Assembly (NCBI GenBank): GCA_964558645.1 | Contig: CAZLEV010000008.1 | Location: forward strand, 64,001-128,000 | Origin: an uncultured archaeon | GTDB lineage: Archaea; Asgardarchaeota; Thorarchaeia; Thorarchaeales; Thorarchaeaceae | Reading direction: 5' to 3' | Length of the DNA stretch: 64,000 nt | Translations under genes and position numbers: made by a program | Shown here: positions 1 to 10,719 of the stretch, one piece after another | Layout: each line of letters begins with the position of its first letter | How positions within the stretch are numbered: position 1 is the stretch's first letter | Notes under the pieces: generated by a model | Told to the model about the DNA's origin: nothing | The model's input: only the letters and a program-made list of their open reading frames with translations | Database searches by the model: none

Positions 1-1
1 A

Positions 2-436
2 TTCGCCAAGGAGTTGACAAGGTCTGCCTACGTGAAGATGGTTCGACGCATTGAAGAAAGCATTGATGATGAAGACATTGAAGATCTGACTGAGATTCAC
101 GAGGTATTGATGAGAGACGCAGATTTTCCCAACAGGAGTATGCTGCTTGGCAAAGTATCAGATGCCCTTCACCGTCTAACTCTTTCGCAGTTCAATCTCA
201 CATTCGAAGATTGGCAGGACTTGTGGACGATGATTAGCCTGCAGTACCCGAAGATGACTTCTGTTCTGAAGGAAACACTCAGTCCTCCTAGGAGGAAAGT
301 AATCAGGACAAATCAACTCACATTGGTAGTATATGTGACTGGGGACTCTCCAGATTCATCAGTCTTTCTTGAGGTTTCGGGCGGTTCAAAGGCTGTAGAG
401 CTTCGTCAGATGATTCAGGACACACTCGGTGACTAG
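2..436 (+). CDS. C-terminal part of a protein running in from upstream; possibly a MoxR-type AAA+ ATPase partner of the downstream VWA protein
   Basis: Frame is open from the window edge and ends 11 nt before the VWA gene. The MoxR identity rests only on typical gene pairing; no ATPase motif is visible. Confidence 0.4.
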   Translation, partial: FAKELTRSAYVKMVRRIEESIDDEDIEDLTEIHEVLMRDADFPNRSMLLGKVSDALHRLTLSQFNLTFEDWQDLWTMISLQYPKMTSVLKETLSPPRRKVIRTNQLTLVVYVTGDSPDSSVFLEVSGGSKAVELRQMIQDTLGD

Positions 437-447
437 GATGTGACGCC

Positions 448-2163
448 ATGAGTTCGAAGAAGGCATTGACACCGACAGTACTACTCGAACTGGCAAGCGG
501 TGCCTGGGCTCAAGCAAGTGCAGATTTCTATCACCCACCGCTCCCCGATCCAGTGATTGAGCATAATCAAGATGTAAGCAGCTACTTTTACATCGACTCA
601 TCAACATGGACCGTGCATCTCAATGTGGCCGGAATTCCATCAGAGATGGACTCTGGATCTGCGGTACAGCATCTCAGGTCTCTTAGTCACCACGAGATCG
701 AGCATTATCTCTTGTGTCCCTATGATGGTGTTACCAACGGCATGATGTTCGCAGCGGCTCGGAAGCATGTGAATGATGCAACCGCGATGTTTGCATGCAA
801 CCTCTTTGCTGACTTGGTTGTAGACTCTACGCTTCTGCGTCGATATCCCATGCTCACGCGGCGAAGGATTGCGAAATCAATATCCCATGCCGCAGATCGA
901 GTTTCAGAGCATTCTTCTCTCTGGCTATTGATAATCGCCTGTTACAAAGAGAAATGGCTTTTCGAAATACCCTCACAAGCTGATATTGATGAGGGAACTC
1001 TCACTGCTGCAAAAGAAGTCGTGAGAGTGGCGGACCGATATATCTCAAGAGAGCGGCGTTGGCCTTTCGCTGTTGGGAAGATTGCCAAGATTATCTCGGA
1101 ATGGATGCCTCGAGAAGATGAACAACTCGCAGGGTGTGGTCATCCTGTTGATGGCCAGAAAGACAGCAATGATGGACTGCTACTGCCGTTTGATGTTGAC
1201 ATCATGATGGGCAACCCCTTAGAGGTCAGAAACGGGGATCTGGCTCGCAGATGTATGGACCGAGATGAATCTCCTCAGATAGAGGACGAGATGGAGCGTC
1301 TGGCACTTGAGGTTGTCGAGCGGGATGGCAATCTCAATGACCTTCATATTGTATTCCAACTTGCTGGAATCGGAGTCAAGGGACGTAAGTGGCTTCGATT
1401 CTGGTACCGTGCGAATGTCAGAACGGGGCTCAGGATTGAGGTCTTTGAGAAGAGAAGCTCGGGGCTGACACCTCTGACTCCGCAGGTCTGGCGTCTTGGT
1501 GACCCTGTAGAAGAGCTTGATATTGTCCAGTCATTGCAGGCCTTTCCGGTGCTGATTCCAAATATGTCCACGCGGCGATGGCTGCACTCTGAGGGGCAAG
1601 GCATGGAGGAGTCCATCAAGGTGCCAGATCTGCTGATTGTTATTGATTCGAGCGGTTCCATGACGTGGTCTACCACAAAGAAGAAGGCATCAGGGCCTTA
1701 TCATTCGGCATTGCTGGCTGCATTTGCCGCAATCGACTACATCATGAGGAGAGGTCAACAGATAGCGGTGATCAATTTCTCTGACGATACCCGAAGCTGC
1801 ACTTGGACCCGTGATAGGAGAACTGTGGAAGACATTTTACTGTCATATCAGGGCGGAGGTACTGTTGCACCAATCGGAGATATCGAGTCGCTCTGCGCCG
1901 AGGCTGATAATCCCGTCTTGGTGTTCATGATTACTGACGCCGAGATTGCGAACTGGCAGAATCTCATGGAAATGACCCAAACACTAAGCAAACAGGGGCA
2001 CCATCTCTACTTGTTCCATGTTGGAGCGGGAAGCACTAGGCGTCAGGATCCGGTCAGAGTTGAATTGGAGAAGGCCGGTGCTTCTGTCTTTGCTATCAGT
2101 TCTCCTGACGACCTTGTGGGACTAGTAGTCCGAGAGGTTAGAACTGCCTACGGTGTCGGGTGA
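448..2163 (+). CDS. VWA-domain protein with N-terminal HExxH metallopeptidase-like domain
   Basis: HHEIEH motif; MIDAS elements IDSSGSM, GGGT, MITDAEI. Confidence 0.8.
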   Translation: MSSKKALTPTVLLELASGAWAQASADFYHPPLPDPVIEHNQDVSSYFYIDSSTWTVHLNVAGIPSEMDSGSAVQHLRSLSHHEIEHYLLCPYDGVTNGMMFAAARKHVNDATAMFACNLFADLVVDSTLLRRYPMLTRRRIAKSISHAADRVSEHSSLWLLIIACYKEKWLFEIPSQADIDEGTLTAAKEVVRVADRYISRERRWPFAVGKIAKIISEWMPREDEQLAGCGHPVDGQKDSNDGLLLPFDVDIMMGNPLEVRNGDLARRCMDRDESPQIEDEMERLALEVVERDGNLNDLHIVFQLAGIGVKGRKWLRFWYRANVRTGLRIEVFEKRSSGLTPLTPQVWRLGDPVEELDIVQSLQAFPVLIPNMSTRRWLHSEGQGMEESIKVPDLLIVIDSSGSMTWSTTKKKASGPYHSALLAAFAAIDYIMRRGQQIAVINFSDDTRSCTWTRDRRTVEDILLSYQGGGTVAPIGDIESLCAEADNPVLVFMITDAEIANWQNLMEMTQTLSKQGHHLYLFHVGAGSTRRQDPVRVELEKAGASVFAISSPDDLVGLVVREVRTAYGVG

Positions 2164-2298
2164 CCGGGGAGAAACACATTTGTGTGGGTTATTTTTTGGC
2201 AAGCGAATTACAACCCAAACTCTTATCACTTCCACAAAGACGCTTCGCAAAGAGGACAAGGTTCTCTTCATGGACGCATCTTACGAGGCAGTCACAAA

Positions 2299-3144
2299 AT
2301 GCCCTACCAAATCAAATCCAAACAGGTTCTTAATCCCGTCATAAAGCTCATGGTTATCCACGCCCCGGATATTGCTGCTGTATGCAAGCCTGGCCAGTTT
2401 GTCATCTTGCGGGTGAACGAAACTGGCGAGAGGTTCCCGCTCACCATCGCTGATTTTGACAGAGAAGAGGGAGATATCACCATAGTCTTTCAGGAAGTTG
2501 GTAAGTCAACCAAGTTGCTTGGTTCTCTGGAACCGGGAGATGAGATACTCGACTTCGTTGGTCCTCTCGGCCGGCCTAGTCCTACAGACAAGCATTACGG
2601 AACGGTGGTGGCAATCGGGGGTGGCTGTGGGAGTGCAATCTGCTATCCCGTTGCGCGGGCATTCAAAGAGGCTGGGAACTACCTCATCACAATCAATGGT
2701 GCACGGAGCATGGGCCTCCTCTTGTTCCGAGAGGAGATGGAGGCGATCAGCGACGAATCCTACGAAACAACTGACGATGGGTCGTGTGGAGTACACGGAT
2801 TCGTGACCACGGTTCTAGGGGATCTGATCCAGAAGGGGAGGAAGATCGATTTGGTGTTTGCAGTTGGGCCAGTTCCTATGATGAAGTTTGTCAGCAGGAC
2901 CACCAAACCAGCAGGAATCAAGACTCTGGTTTCATTGAACAGCATAATGGTTGATGGCACCGGGATGTGTGGTGCCTGCCGTGTGACTGTCGACGGCCAG
3001 ATGAAGTTTACTTGTGTTGACGGGCCCGAGTTTGATGGACATGGAGTGGACTATGACGAGCTCATGGGACGCCTCAATGCCTACCTGGATCAAGAGGCTG
3101 TTGCGATGGAACGCCTGAACAAGGAAACAGGAGGAACAGAATAA
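2299..3144 (+). CDS. sudB: NfnA/SudB-type FAD/[2Fe-2S] subunit of electron-bifurcating transhydrogenase / sulfide dehydrogenase
   Basis: PGQFVILR, ERFPLTIAD, GPLG, MVDGTGMCGACRV and CVDGPEFD motifs. Start moved to ATG 2299 (MPYQIKS) behind a GAGG site. Confidence 0.9.
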   Translation: MPYQIKSKQVLNPVIKLMVIHAPDIAAVCKPGQFVILRVNETGERFPLTIADFDREEGDITIVFQEVGKSTKLLGSLEPGDEILDFVGPLGRPSPTDKHYGTVVAIGGGCGSAICYPVARAFKEAGNYLITINGARSMGLLLFREEMEAISDESYETTDDGSCGVHGFVTTVLGDLIQKGRKIDLVFAVGPVPMMKFVSRTTKPAGIKTLVSLNSIMVDGTGMCGACRVTVDGQMKFTCVDGPEFDGHGVDYDELMGRLNAYLDQEAVAMERLNKETGGTE

Positions 3145-4604
3145 TGGCCGACGACAAGAAGAAGCGTGAGCGCAAGCCTCCCACCCGAAAGGTGCCGATG
3201 CCCGAACAGGATCCCAGTGCAAGAGTACAGAACTTCAACGAGGTTGCCCTGGGCTATACTCCTGAACAGGCGATGGAGGAGGCCAAGAAATGTATCCAAT
3301 GTCGTAATCCACGATGCGTCAGCGGCTGCCCTGTTGAAGTCCCTATTCGCGAGTTTGTGAACCTTATCAGAGAGGGCAAATTCATGGAAGCGGCGGCCAA
3401 GATAAAAGAGACCAACAGTCTGCCAGCTGTCTGTGGTCGAGTATGTCCGCAAGAGACTCAGTGCGAACAGAGCTGTATCTACGGTATACGCAATGAACCA
3501 ATAGCCATTGGACGACTCGAACGTTTTGTTTCGGACTATGCCATGGAAAAGGGCGAGCCGATTCCAGACATAACTAAGAAGATAGGGAAGAAGGTTGCAG
3601 TTGTGGGAGCTGGTCCTGCTGGACTAACATGTGCAGGTGACTTGGTGAAACTCGGGTATGATGTCCATGTGTTTGAGGCGTTTCACAAACCTGGTGGAGT
3701 ATTGATGTACGGCATCCCTGAGTTCAGACTTCCGAAGGACACAGTTGAAGCCGAGGTTGAATACCTGGAGAAGATGGGTGTCAAGTTCAGGTACAACTAT
3801 GTTGTTGGTAAGATTCGAACGGTTGATCAACTCATGGAAGAGGACGGATTCGCTGCAGTCTTCATCGGAACAGGTGCAGGGGCACCCAACTTCCTCAGGA
3901 TAGAGGGGATGAACTTCATTGATGTATTCTCTGCAAATGAGATTCTCACACGTGTGAACCTAATGCGTGGCTACAAGTTTCCTGAATACGACACTCCTGT
4001 AAGAGTTGGGAACAAAGTCGCAGTCATCGGGGGTGGCAATGTCGCAATGGACGCTGCTAGAACAGCCCTGAGATTGGGAGCTGGAGAAGTCTACATTGTC
4101 TACCGACGGGCTCGTGAGCAGATGCCGGCTCGAGCTGAAGAAATCCATCATGCCGAGGAGGAAGGAATCCAACTCAAACTCCTCCTGAATCCCACTGAGA
4201 TCCATGGGGATGACCAGAATCATGTAATCGGCATGAGTTGTGTGCGTATGGAGTTGGGGGAGCCCGATGCCTCGGGAAGAAAGCGCCCGGTCCCCATACC
4301 CAATTCAGAGTTCGTTCTTGATGTTGATACCGTGATCGTTGCAATCGGCAACTCTCCCAATCCAATCGTTCCTGAGAGCATTCCGGGCTTAGAACTCACT
4401 AAATGGGGCACAATCGTTGTGGATGAAGAAACTGGGATGTCTAGCCGTGAAGGCATCTTCGCTGGCGGTGATATTGTCACAGGTGCTGCAACAGTCATAA
4501 GTGCTATGGGTGCGGGGAAGAAGGCTGCTCGAGGTATTCACAGATATCTGTCCGGCGATGGGGCTGGGCAAGAAGCAGACGATGGTGTTCTGGTAAAGGA
4601 TTGA
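3144..4604 (+). CDS. sudA: NfnB/SudA (GltD-like) NADPH-dependent flavoprotein subunit
   Basis: CIQCRNPRCVSGCP, CGRVCPQETQCE, GAGPAG, YGIPEFRL, GGGNVAMD, FAGGD; TAATG coupling to sudB. Confidence 0.92.
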   Translation: MADDKKKRERKPPTRKVPMPEQDPSARVQNFNEVALGYTPEQAMEEAKKCIQCRNPRCVSGCPVEVPIREFVNLIREGKFMEAAAKIKETNSLPAVCGRVCPQETQCEQSCIYGIRNEPIAIGRLERFVSDYAMEKGEPIPDITKKIGKKVAVVGAGPAGLTCAGDLVKLGYDVHVFEAFHKPGGVLMYGIPEFRLPKDTVEAEVEYLEKMGVKFRYNYVVGKIRTVDQLMEEDGFAAVFIGTGAGAPNFLRIEGMNFIDVFSANEILTRVNLMRGYKFPEYDTPVRVGNKVAVIGGGNVAMDAARTALRLGAGEVYIVYRRAREQMPARAEEIHHAEEEGIQLKLLLNPTEIHGDDQNHVIGMSCVRMELGEPDASGRKRPVPIPNSEFVLDVDTVIVAIGNSPNPIVPESIPGLELTKWGTIVVDEETGMSSREGIFAGGDIVTGAATVISAMGAGKKAARGIHRYLSGDGAGQEADDGVLVKD

Positions 4605-4748
4605 GTTGATTCGAAAGACGAGAACAGGACTGGAAAGCTCGAGTGGACCTTGACTGGTCTCTCTTGTTCTCTTCAGGAAGGCTTTCCTCTGGCTCAAAAG
4701 AGTTCTTTAGTAACATCTGTTTGTCTGGTTGTGCCGAGGATGATATGG

Positions 4749-6263
4749 ATGCAAAGCAAAGCCATGACCACCGATGAGATGCGTGTGCTCGAACTGAATG
4801 CAGAATACTTGGGGATAAAACTTGGCACACTAATGCAGCAAGCGGGGCGCGAAGTAGCTCACGTTATTGAAACTCGCGAAGACGTAAAAGAAAAGCGAGT
4901 TCTCATACTCGCTGGACTCGGAGGAAATGGTGGCGACGGGATGGTTGCTGCTCGTCACCTGGCTGAGGCCGGAGCCAAAGTTGAGATTTGTCTTATTGGC
5001 GACGAACAACGCATTGCAAGCCCCGACACAGCGGAGAACTGGGCCATCTTGAAGAATCTCCATACCGTTGAATTGAGAATTCTCAACTCCGAGTCCGATA
5101 TCAAAGCGTACAAAGCCATTTCAAAGGCTGACATAATCATCGATGCGATGCTTGGGTTCGGACTGACATCACCTGTGCGCCAGCCCATGTTGACTGCAGT
5201 TAAACGAGTGAACAAGATCTCAGCAAAGAAGTACTCGGTGGACATACCAACCGGTATCAATAGCGATACCGGAGAAGTCCTAGGGGATGCAGTCAAGGCT
5301 GACGTTACGATCACCATGCACGCTCCGAAGACTGGTCTTCTGAACTCAGCAGCATATGCTGGGGAGGTCATTCCTGTTGCCATCGGCATACCTCAAGAAG
5401 CTCACACAATATGTGGACTTGGTGACCTATGGCTGTTCGCTCAGGGTCGAGATTCAAGGTCAAAGAAAGGCGATTTCGGAAGAATACTAGTAGTCGGCGG
5501 CAGCGATGTATACTCCGGAGCCCCTGCTTTATCCGGATTGGCTGCATTGCGGACGGGGGCGGATTTGGTGAGCGTCATCGCACCAGAGCCGGTCGTGGGT
5601 GCCATTCGGTCCTACAGTCCCAATCTCATGGTATTGGGGATGGGCACTTCAGTCTTCTGCATGGAATCTATGCCTGGGACGTTACAGGCGGCACAGAGTA
5701 GTGATGTAGTTGCAATTGGTCCCGGATTGGGACTAGATGAATCTACCAATGCTGCGGTGCGGGGGCTTGTCGAGAATCTGCATGACCAAGGAACCAAGAT
5801 GGTGATTGATGCAGATGGGCTCAAACACTTGGCCCGTTCTGATATCTCTCTTAACCCGCTTGATGATATCCTCACTCCCCACTGGGGCGAGCTCCAGATT
5901 CTGTTGGGCCAGAAGATCGGTGACTCCGGCGATTCCGACAATCGGGTCAAGCGAGCACTTGATGCTGCAACCACGTACAACGCGACAGTCCTACTGAAGG
6001 GACCCACTGATGTGATTGCGTTACCAGATGGATCCTACAAGCTGAATAAGACCGGCGTGCCAGCAATGACAGTCGGAGGCACAGGTGATGTGCTAACAGG
6101 GATATGTGCGACTCTCCTTTCTAGGGGAAAAGGTGCCTTCAATGCGGCAGCTGCAGCAGCATTTGTTTCCGGGAGGTCCGGAGAAATCGCATATGAAGAA
6201 CTCGGCAATCACCTCATGGCAACAGACTGCATTGAAGCGATCCCATCTGCAATGAAACTGTGA
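4749..6263 (+). CDS. nnr: Bifunctional NAD(P)HX epimerase/dehydratase (YjeF/Nnr)
   Basis: GGNGGDG, DIPTG, KGDFG..VVGGS..YSGAP, IGPGLG, VIDADG, LTPH.GE, GGTGDVLTG. Start approximate. Confidence 0.92.
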   Translation: MQSKAMTTDEMRVLELNAEYLGIKLGTLMQQAGREVAHVIETREDVKEKRVLILAGLGGNGGDGMVAARHLAEAGAKVEICLIGDEQRIASPDTAENWAILKNLHTVELRILNSESDIKAYKAISKADIIIDAMLGFGLTSPVRQPMLTAVKRVNKISAKKYSVDIPTGINSDTGEVLGDAVKADVTITMHAPKTGLLNSAAYAGEVIPVAIGIPQEAHTICGLGDLWLFAQGRDSRSKKGDFGRILVVGGSDVYSGAPALSGLAALRTGADLVSVIAPEPVVGAIRSYSPNLMVLGMGTSVFCMESMPGTLQAAQSSDVVAIGPGLGLDESTNAAVRGLVENLHDQGTKMVIDADGLKHLARSDISLNPLDDILTPHWGELQILLGQKIGDSGDSDNRVKRALDAATTYNATVLLKGPTDVIALPDGSYKLNKTGVPAMTVGGTGDVLTGICATLLSRGKGAFNAAAAAAFVSGRSGEIAYEELGNHLMATDCIEAIPSAMKL

Positions 6264-6265
6264 GA

Positions 6266-7273
6266 TCATACGATGACCGGCATCTGTTCTAGTAGCTGAC
6301 GAGCTAGGTTCTGATTCTCTGAGTTAACCGGTACCCAGACGACTCCTTCATTAGGCTGTCCGTATAACACCGCGGCGTCCATGGGTGCCAGCAGAACGGC
6401 TGGAAATCCGAGCAAGTCCTCTTCGCCGTCAACAGTTATTATCGACTTGCGGTCGTCATGTATAGCCGTATCAATGGTAGACCACGCCTCGGGGTATATC
6501 ACTTCCCGAGGATTGTAGATCAGATACTCACGGTCGGAATGAAACTCTCGGTCAAACTGCCCTCGTTTCGTGGCTCCGTCTACTATACAGACATTGGGCT
6601 GATATCCCTCATCGATCAGCGTTGCGCTTGTGACGTCACCAACAGCTATGACAAGCGGGGGGGATTCTTCTTTGATTCGCTTGATAACTGCTTTCTCCGG
6701 TGCTCCTTCGGTTACTCTATAGAGCTGGCCTTTTGGAGTCTTGAGCTGCCTTCTAGAATCATATTCAAGTCGCCTTGGCGGTTCCGAGGTCCCTCTTAGC
6801 TTCCGCCCCTCTCGGTCAACCTCGCCCAGACGGATTCTCGCTGAAGAGAGCTTGTCACCATCATGAGCCCGTACGGGCTTGAGAAATTCGAGATTATCGC
6901 TGATGCCCAGTGTTTCCTTCCTCAGGGTCAGTCCCCTTGCTTCAAGCTCGACACAGCAGGGGCCTTGGTACATCATGAATGTTGTTGGTCCCTCGATCTC
7001 AAGCAACTCTCGGAAGCTGGTCAGGTACTTGACATCTATAGTCTCGTCAAGGTCAATTGACTTGAGATATTCATTCAGTCGTCTTATTCTGAGCTCGGGT
7101 GGCTGGATCAACGGAGCAAGCTCTAGGTCTTCTCCCATAAGCTCTCCACCTGTCACTGCAGCAACTGGCTCAGGCATATCTTGAAGCCGGTCAACCAACA
7201 CCTGGTGCCCTAGATGCATCCTGTCAAATAGATTCAGAGCCCATGTTCCGGCCATAGGATTCCACATCAACAC
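6266..7273 (-). CDS. Fusion of phosphopantetheine adenylyltransferase-like domain and GTP-dependent dephospho-CoA kinase (DUF359)
   Basis: N-terminal FDRMHLGH (HxGH) and KLSSARIRLGEVDREG; C-terminal VGDVTS, DGATKR, DGEEDLL, YGQPNEG. Confidence 0.85.
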   Translation of the reverse strand: MLMWNPMAGTWALNLFDRMHLGHQVLVDRLQDMPEPVAAVTGGELMGEDLELAPLIQPPELRIRRLNEYLKSIDLDETIDVKYLTSFRELLEIEGPTTFMMYQGPCCVELEARGLTLRKETLGISDNLEFLKPVRAHDGDKLSSARIRLGEVDREGRKLRGTSEPPRRLEYDSRRQLKTPKGQLYRVTEGAPEKAVIKRIKEESPPLVIAVGDVTSATLIDEGYQPNVCIVDGATKRGQFDREFHSDREYLIYNPREVIYPEAWSTIDTAIHDDRKSIITVDGEEDLLGFPAVLLAPMDAAVLYGQPNEGVVWVPVNSENQNLARQLLEQMPVIV

Positions 7274-7341
7274 TCTCAGATAGAACTTTTAATACCTGTC
7301 CCCATGCTGTCTTATCCATCATAAGAGAGTGGGCCAGCGAT

Positions 7342-8031
7342 ATGAGGATCCTTGCGGTTGCAGATGTGCATTCTCCTCGGTTTCTGACTGAATTTAGGAC
7401 CTCCTTGGATGAACTGGATTCTCCTGACCTGTTGCTTATGGCCGGCGATATGATAAATCGGGGCGATGCGGAAGAATACACGAATGTGATTGATGCCCTT
7501 GAAGAAACAATTGGAACAGGATTCCCGATAGTTGCGTGCTTTGGCAATGAGGAGTATCCCGAAACACGCGATCGAGTTCTTTCACTGGTCGGTGAGCGCA
7601 TTCTCTTTCTCGACGAGAAATCAATTATTCTTCGAATGGACAAGAAACACATCGGTATAGTTGGGACGCAGGGTTCTCTTGACACTCCAACCAGTTGGCA
7701 GAGGAGGAACATTCCTCGAATAAGGCAGATCTATGAGCGAAGGGCGGAACGTGCTGAGAATCTGCTTCGAAAGGTATCTGAGAAGTCAGACATCCGTATT
7801 CTGCTCATGCACTACAGCCCTTGCATCGAGACCTGTGAGGGCGAGCAGACCCGTTCATTCCGTTGGCTGGGCAGTCGCAAGTTCTACAATGTGATTAGTT
7901 CGGAACAGCCGGATGTAGTGATTCACGGGCACGTACACAATGCCACTGTTCACAAGGCCTTCCTTCGACCGACAACTGTCTGGAATGTAGCTTTTCCTGC
8001 CGTCCGACAAGTTACAGAGATCATCTTGTGA
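7342..8031 (+). CDS. Calcineurin-like metallophosphoesterase (Icc-like)
   Basis: ADVH, AGD, GNEE, MHY, HGHVH motifs. Confidence 0.85.
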   Translation: MRILAVADVHSPRFLTEFRTSLDELDSPDLLLMAGDMINRGDAEEYTNVIDALEETIGTGFPIVACFGNEEYPETRDRVLSLVGERILFLDEKSIILRMDKKHIGIVGTQGSLDTPTSWQRRNIPRIRQIYERRAERAENLLRKVSEKSDIRILLMHYSPCIETCEGEQTRSFRWLGSRKFYNVISSEQPDVVIHGHVHNATVHKAFLRPTTVWNVAFPAVRQVTEIIL

Positions 8032-8037
8032 TTGGTT

Positions 8038-8469
8038 TCAATCGTGACCCGTCACTGACATGGTTGGCTCGAACTTGTAGCCATAGACAATGATTCCGTC
8101 TTCGCCGTATTGTGTTATCTTTCGGAAACAGACGCGGACGCGCATGCCGATCTTGACATCCTCAGGGTCAATATTCACAATTTGTGCTGTCAGCCTCGGT
8201 CCTTCGTCGAGCTCCACCTGTGCAACTGCATATGGCACCTGGCGTTTGAAGTCTTCTGGTGCCTGTCGCACGATTGAGAAAGTATGGATCTTCCCGAGGC
8301 CCTTGTATTTGTACTCCTCAAGCTCCGCCTTTCTTCTACATGTCGGGCAAACAAGTCTTGGTGGGAAATAATATGCATCACAGGTCTTACAGTGTGTCCC
8401 AATAAGATTGTAGATCACTTCAAATCTTCGCCAGGCTTGTGCTACTCCTTTCTCTGCCATTATCTTCAC
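8038..8469 (-). CDS. DUF35 Zn-ribbon/OB-fold scaffold of the thiolase-HMGS complex
   Basis: CKTC..PPR..CPTC zinc ribbon, OB fold, YGYKF end; follows thiolase. Confidence 0.9.
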   Translation of the reverse strand: MKIMAEKGVAQAWRRFEVIYNLIGTHCKTCDAYYFPPRLVCPTCRRKAELEEYKYKGLGKIHTFSIVRQAPEDFKRQVPYAVAQVELDEGPRLTAQIVNIDPEDVKIGMRVRVCFRKITQYGEDGIIVYGYKFEPTMSVTGHD

Positions 8470-9626
8470 CTTCCAAGAATGTGTACTATTGATGTTGCTC
8501 CCGTACCCCCGATATTCACAGCCATAGCTTTCTCTGCTCCCTCTACCTGCCTCTTCTCTGCATCTCCTCTCAGCTGAAGGACGAGCTCAACTATCTGAGC
8601 AACTCCGGTCGCGCCAATGGGATGTCCTCGTGCCTTCAAGCCGCCTGATGTGTTCACTGGAAACTCGCCTTTGAGTTCTGTGACACCATCATCGAGCAGC
8701 TTGCCACCTTCACCCTTCTTGGCCAACCCCACGTCTTCTGTGAGCACTATCTCGCTTATAGTGAAACTGTCATGAAGCTCGAAGACATCTATGTCTTTGA
8801 TGGAGAGGTCTGCTTGCTTTAGAGCGCGTCTACTGGACAGAACAACAGAGGCCATGGTACAGATATCCTCCCTGTCATGGAGGGCTAGGCTGTCAGTTGC
8901 CTGTGTCGACGCTTCAACGAAGACCGGATTATCTGTGAACTCACTGGCTCGTTCCTCACTGCACATCACAAGACCGGCTGCACCATCTGTGATTGGTGAC
9001 GAATGCAGTACTCGAATGGGATCTGCTAGCATTCCGGAGTTCATTACTACCTTGAGGGGCAGAGATCGCTGAAACTGAGCCCAGGGATTGTACTGTGCGT
9101 TGTAATGGTTCTTCACTGCCACCTTCCCAAGTTGTTCGTCAGTTGTTCCGTACTCCATCATATGACGTCTCGCTATGAACCCATAGAGTGCAGGAAATGT
9201 AGCTCCGAACATTCCTTCCCAGTCCATGTCGCTTGCAACGCTGATTGTGTTCATCGCCTCGCTCTGGCTTACATCGCTCATCTTTTCACAACCCAGAACG
9301 AGCATCACATCATGTTCGCCCGATTTGATTGACATGTATGCTTGTCTGACGGCTGCTCCACCGCTTGCACATGCCGCTTCAACACTGTATGCCGGGATGT
9401 TGCCAAGACCTCCCATGTCTACAGCGAGAGCACCTAGATGCTCTTGTCCGGTAAAACGCCCTGCGCTCATATTGCCGATGGCGATTGCTTCAATCTCCTT
9501 TCCCTGAACACCAGCATCGAAGATTGCGTACATTCCACCTTCTAATGTTATCTCTCGCAGGCTTTTGCCCCAGAGCTCTCCAAACTTGCTCATTCCTACT
9601 CCGACTATAGCCACTCTGTTACTCAT
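8466..9626 (-). CDS. Acetoacetyl-CoA thiolase (archaeal mevalonate pathway)
   Basis: VEAACASGG, ELHDSF, GHPIGATG motifs. Confidence 0.93.
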   Translation of the reverse strand: MSNRVAIVGVGMSKFGELWGKSLREITLEGGMYAIFDAGVQGKEIEAIAIGNMSAGRFTGQEHLGALAVDMGGLGNIPAYSVEAACASGGAAVRQAYMSIKSGEHDVMLVLGCEKMSDVSQSEAMNTISVASDMDWEGMFGATFPALYGFIARRHMMEYGTTDEQLGKVAVKNHYNAQYNPWAQFQRSLPLKVVMNSGMLADPIRVLHSSPITDGAAGLVMCSEERASEFTDNPVFVEASTQATDSLALHDREDICTMASVVLSSRRALKQADLSIKDIDVFELHDSFTISEIVLTEDVGLAKKGEGGKLLDDGVTELKGEFPVNTSGGLKARGHPIGATGVAQIVELVLQLRGDAEKRQVEGAEKAMAVNIGGTGATSIVHILGR

Positions 9627-9638
9627 CTTCTCTCCTCC

Positions 9639-10688
9639 TCACCCGAGTGCTTTGATTTTCCGTCTGTACTTCGCGTATATTGAGTAGTTCACGTAGGTCT
9701 TCCTCTCAACGTAGTCATCGACTGTGGGAACTTCTCCCCGTCGGCCTTCAATCTCGTCTTCGACAATAATCGAGAAGGCATCGCTACCTGCCCCTGAACC
9801 ATAGGACACCATGAAAATTCTTGAACCGGGATCTGCAATGTCGAGTATTCGTGCGAGTCCCATCATAGCCGAGGCCGAGTATGTGTTTCCGATTCTCTTC
9901 ACCACAAGGCTATCTTCCAGTTTCTCGGCTGGAACCCCAAGAGTCTTAGCTACAGCCATGGGGAACTTCCCATTGGGCTGATGGAACACAAAGTAGTCGT
10001 AATCATCAATGGTCGTCCCCGTCTTGTTCATCAATGCCTTGGCACCTGCCTCAACGTGCCGGAAATAAGCTGGTTCCCCTGTAAATCTGGCGCCGTGACT
10101 CGGGAAGGGCTGCCCTTCCCTTCGCCAGAAGTCCGGTGTGTCTGTAGTGAATGAGGTTGTCTTTTCGATGGTCGCGACTGGGTTGTCCTTTCCAATCAGG
10201 ATCGCAACTCCACCTGCAGCAGCAGAGTACTCCAGCGCATCACCCGGCCGACTCTGAGCCGTATCTGAACCTATAGCCAGACCGACGTCAATCATATCAG
10301 ATTTTACGAGACCCATGCAGGTCTGTATTGCAGCCGTACCGGCTTTGCATGCAAATTCGAAGTCAGCACATGTCATGTCTGCGGAACAGCCAATTGCCTC
10401 AGACACTATGGTGCCCGTTGGTTTGACCGCATAGGGATGCGATTCCGATCCAACATATACCGCCCCAATTCTCTTGGGATCTATGCCTGCATACTTCACT
10501 GCATTTCTTGCAGCCTCTGTAGATATAGTCACTACGTCCTCGTCGGGACCGGGAACTGATTTCTCGAATACCAGCAGGCCGTGGGCCATGGCTTCGCCAT
10601 CATCGCCCCAGACATCCGCAATGTCCTCAGTCTTTATCCTGTAGCGTGGTATGTATACTCCGTAACCAACTATGCCAACCATGACCAC
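9639..10688 (-). CDS. Hydroxymethylglutaryl-CoA synthase, archaeal type
   Basis: [42 protein letters not shown]. Confidence 0.95.
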   Translation of the reverse strand: MVMVGIVGYGVYIPRYRIKTEDIADVWGDDGEAMAHGLLVFEKSVPGPDEDVVTISTEAARNAVKYAGIDPKRIGAVYVGSESHPYAVKPTGTIVSEAIGCSADMTCADFEFACKAGTAAIQTCMGLVKSDMIDVGLAIGSDTAQSRPGDALEYSAAAGGVAILIGKDNPVATIEKTTSFTTDTPDFWRREGQPFPSHGARFTGEPAYFRHVEAGAKALMNKTGTTIDDYDYFVFHQPNGKFPMAVAKTLGVPAEKLEDSLVVKRIGNTYSASAMMGLARILDIADPGSRIFMVSYGSGAGSDAFSIIVEDEIEGRRGEVPTVDDYVERKTYVNYSIYAKYRRKIKALG

Positions 10689-10699
10689 TTACTCCATGT

Positions 10700-10719
10700 A
10701 ATTCGGTAAATGCCGAATT
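10700..10719. promoter_or_regulatory. Inverted repeat just upstream of the HMGS ribosome-binding site
   Basis: AATTCGG-taaatg-CCGAATT; GGAG (minus strand) at 10692-10695. Confidence 0.4.
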
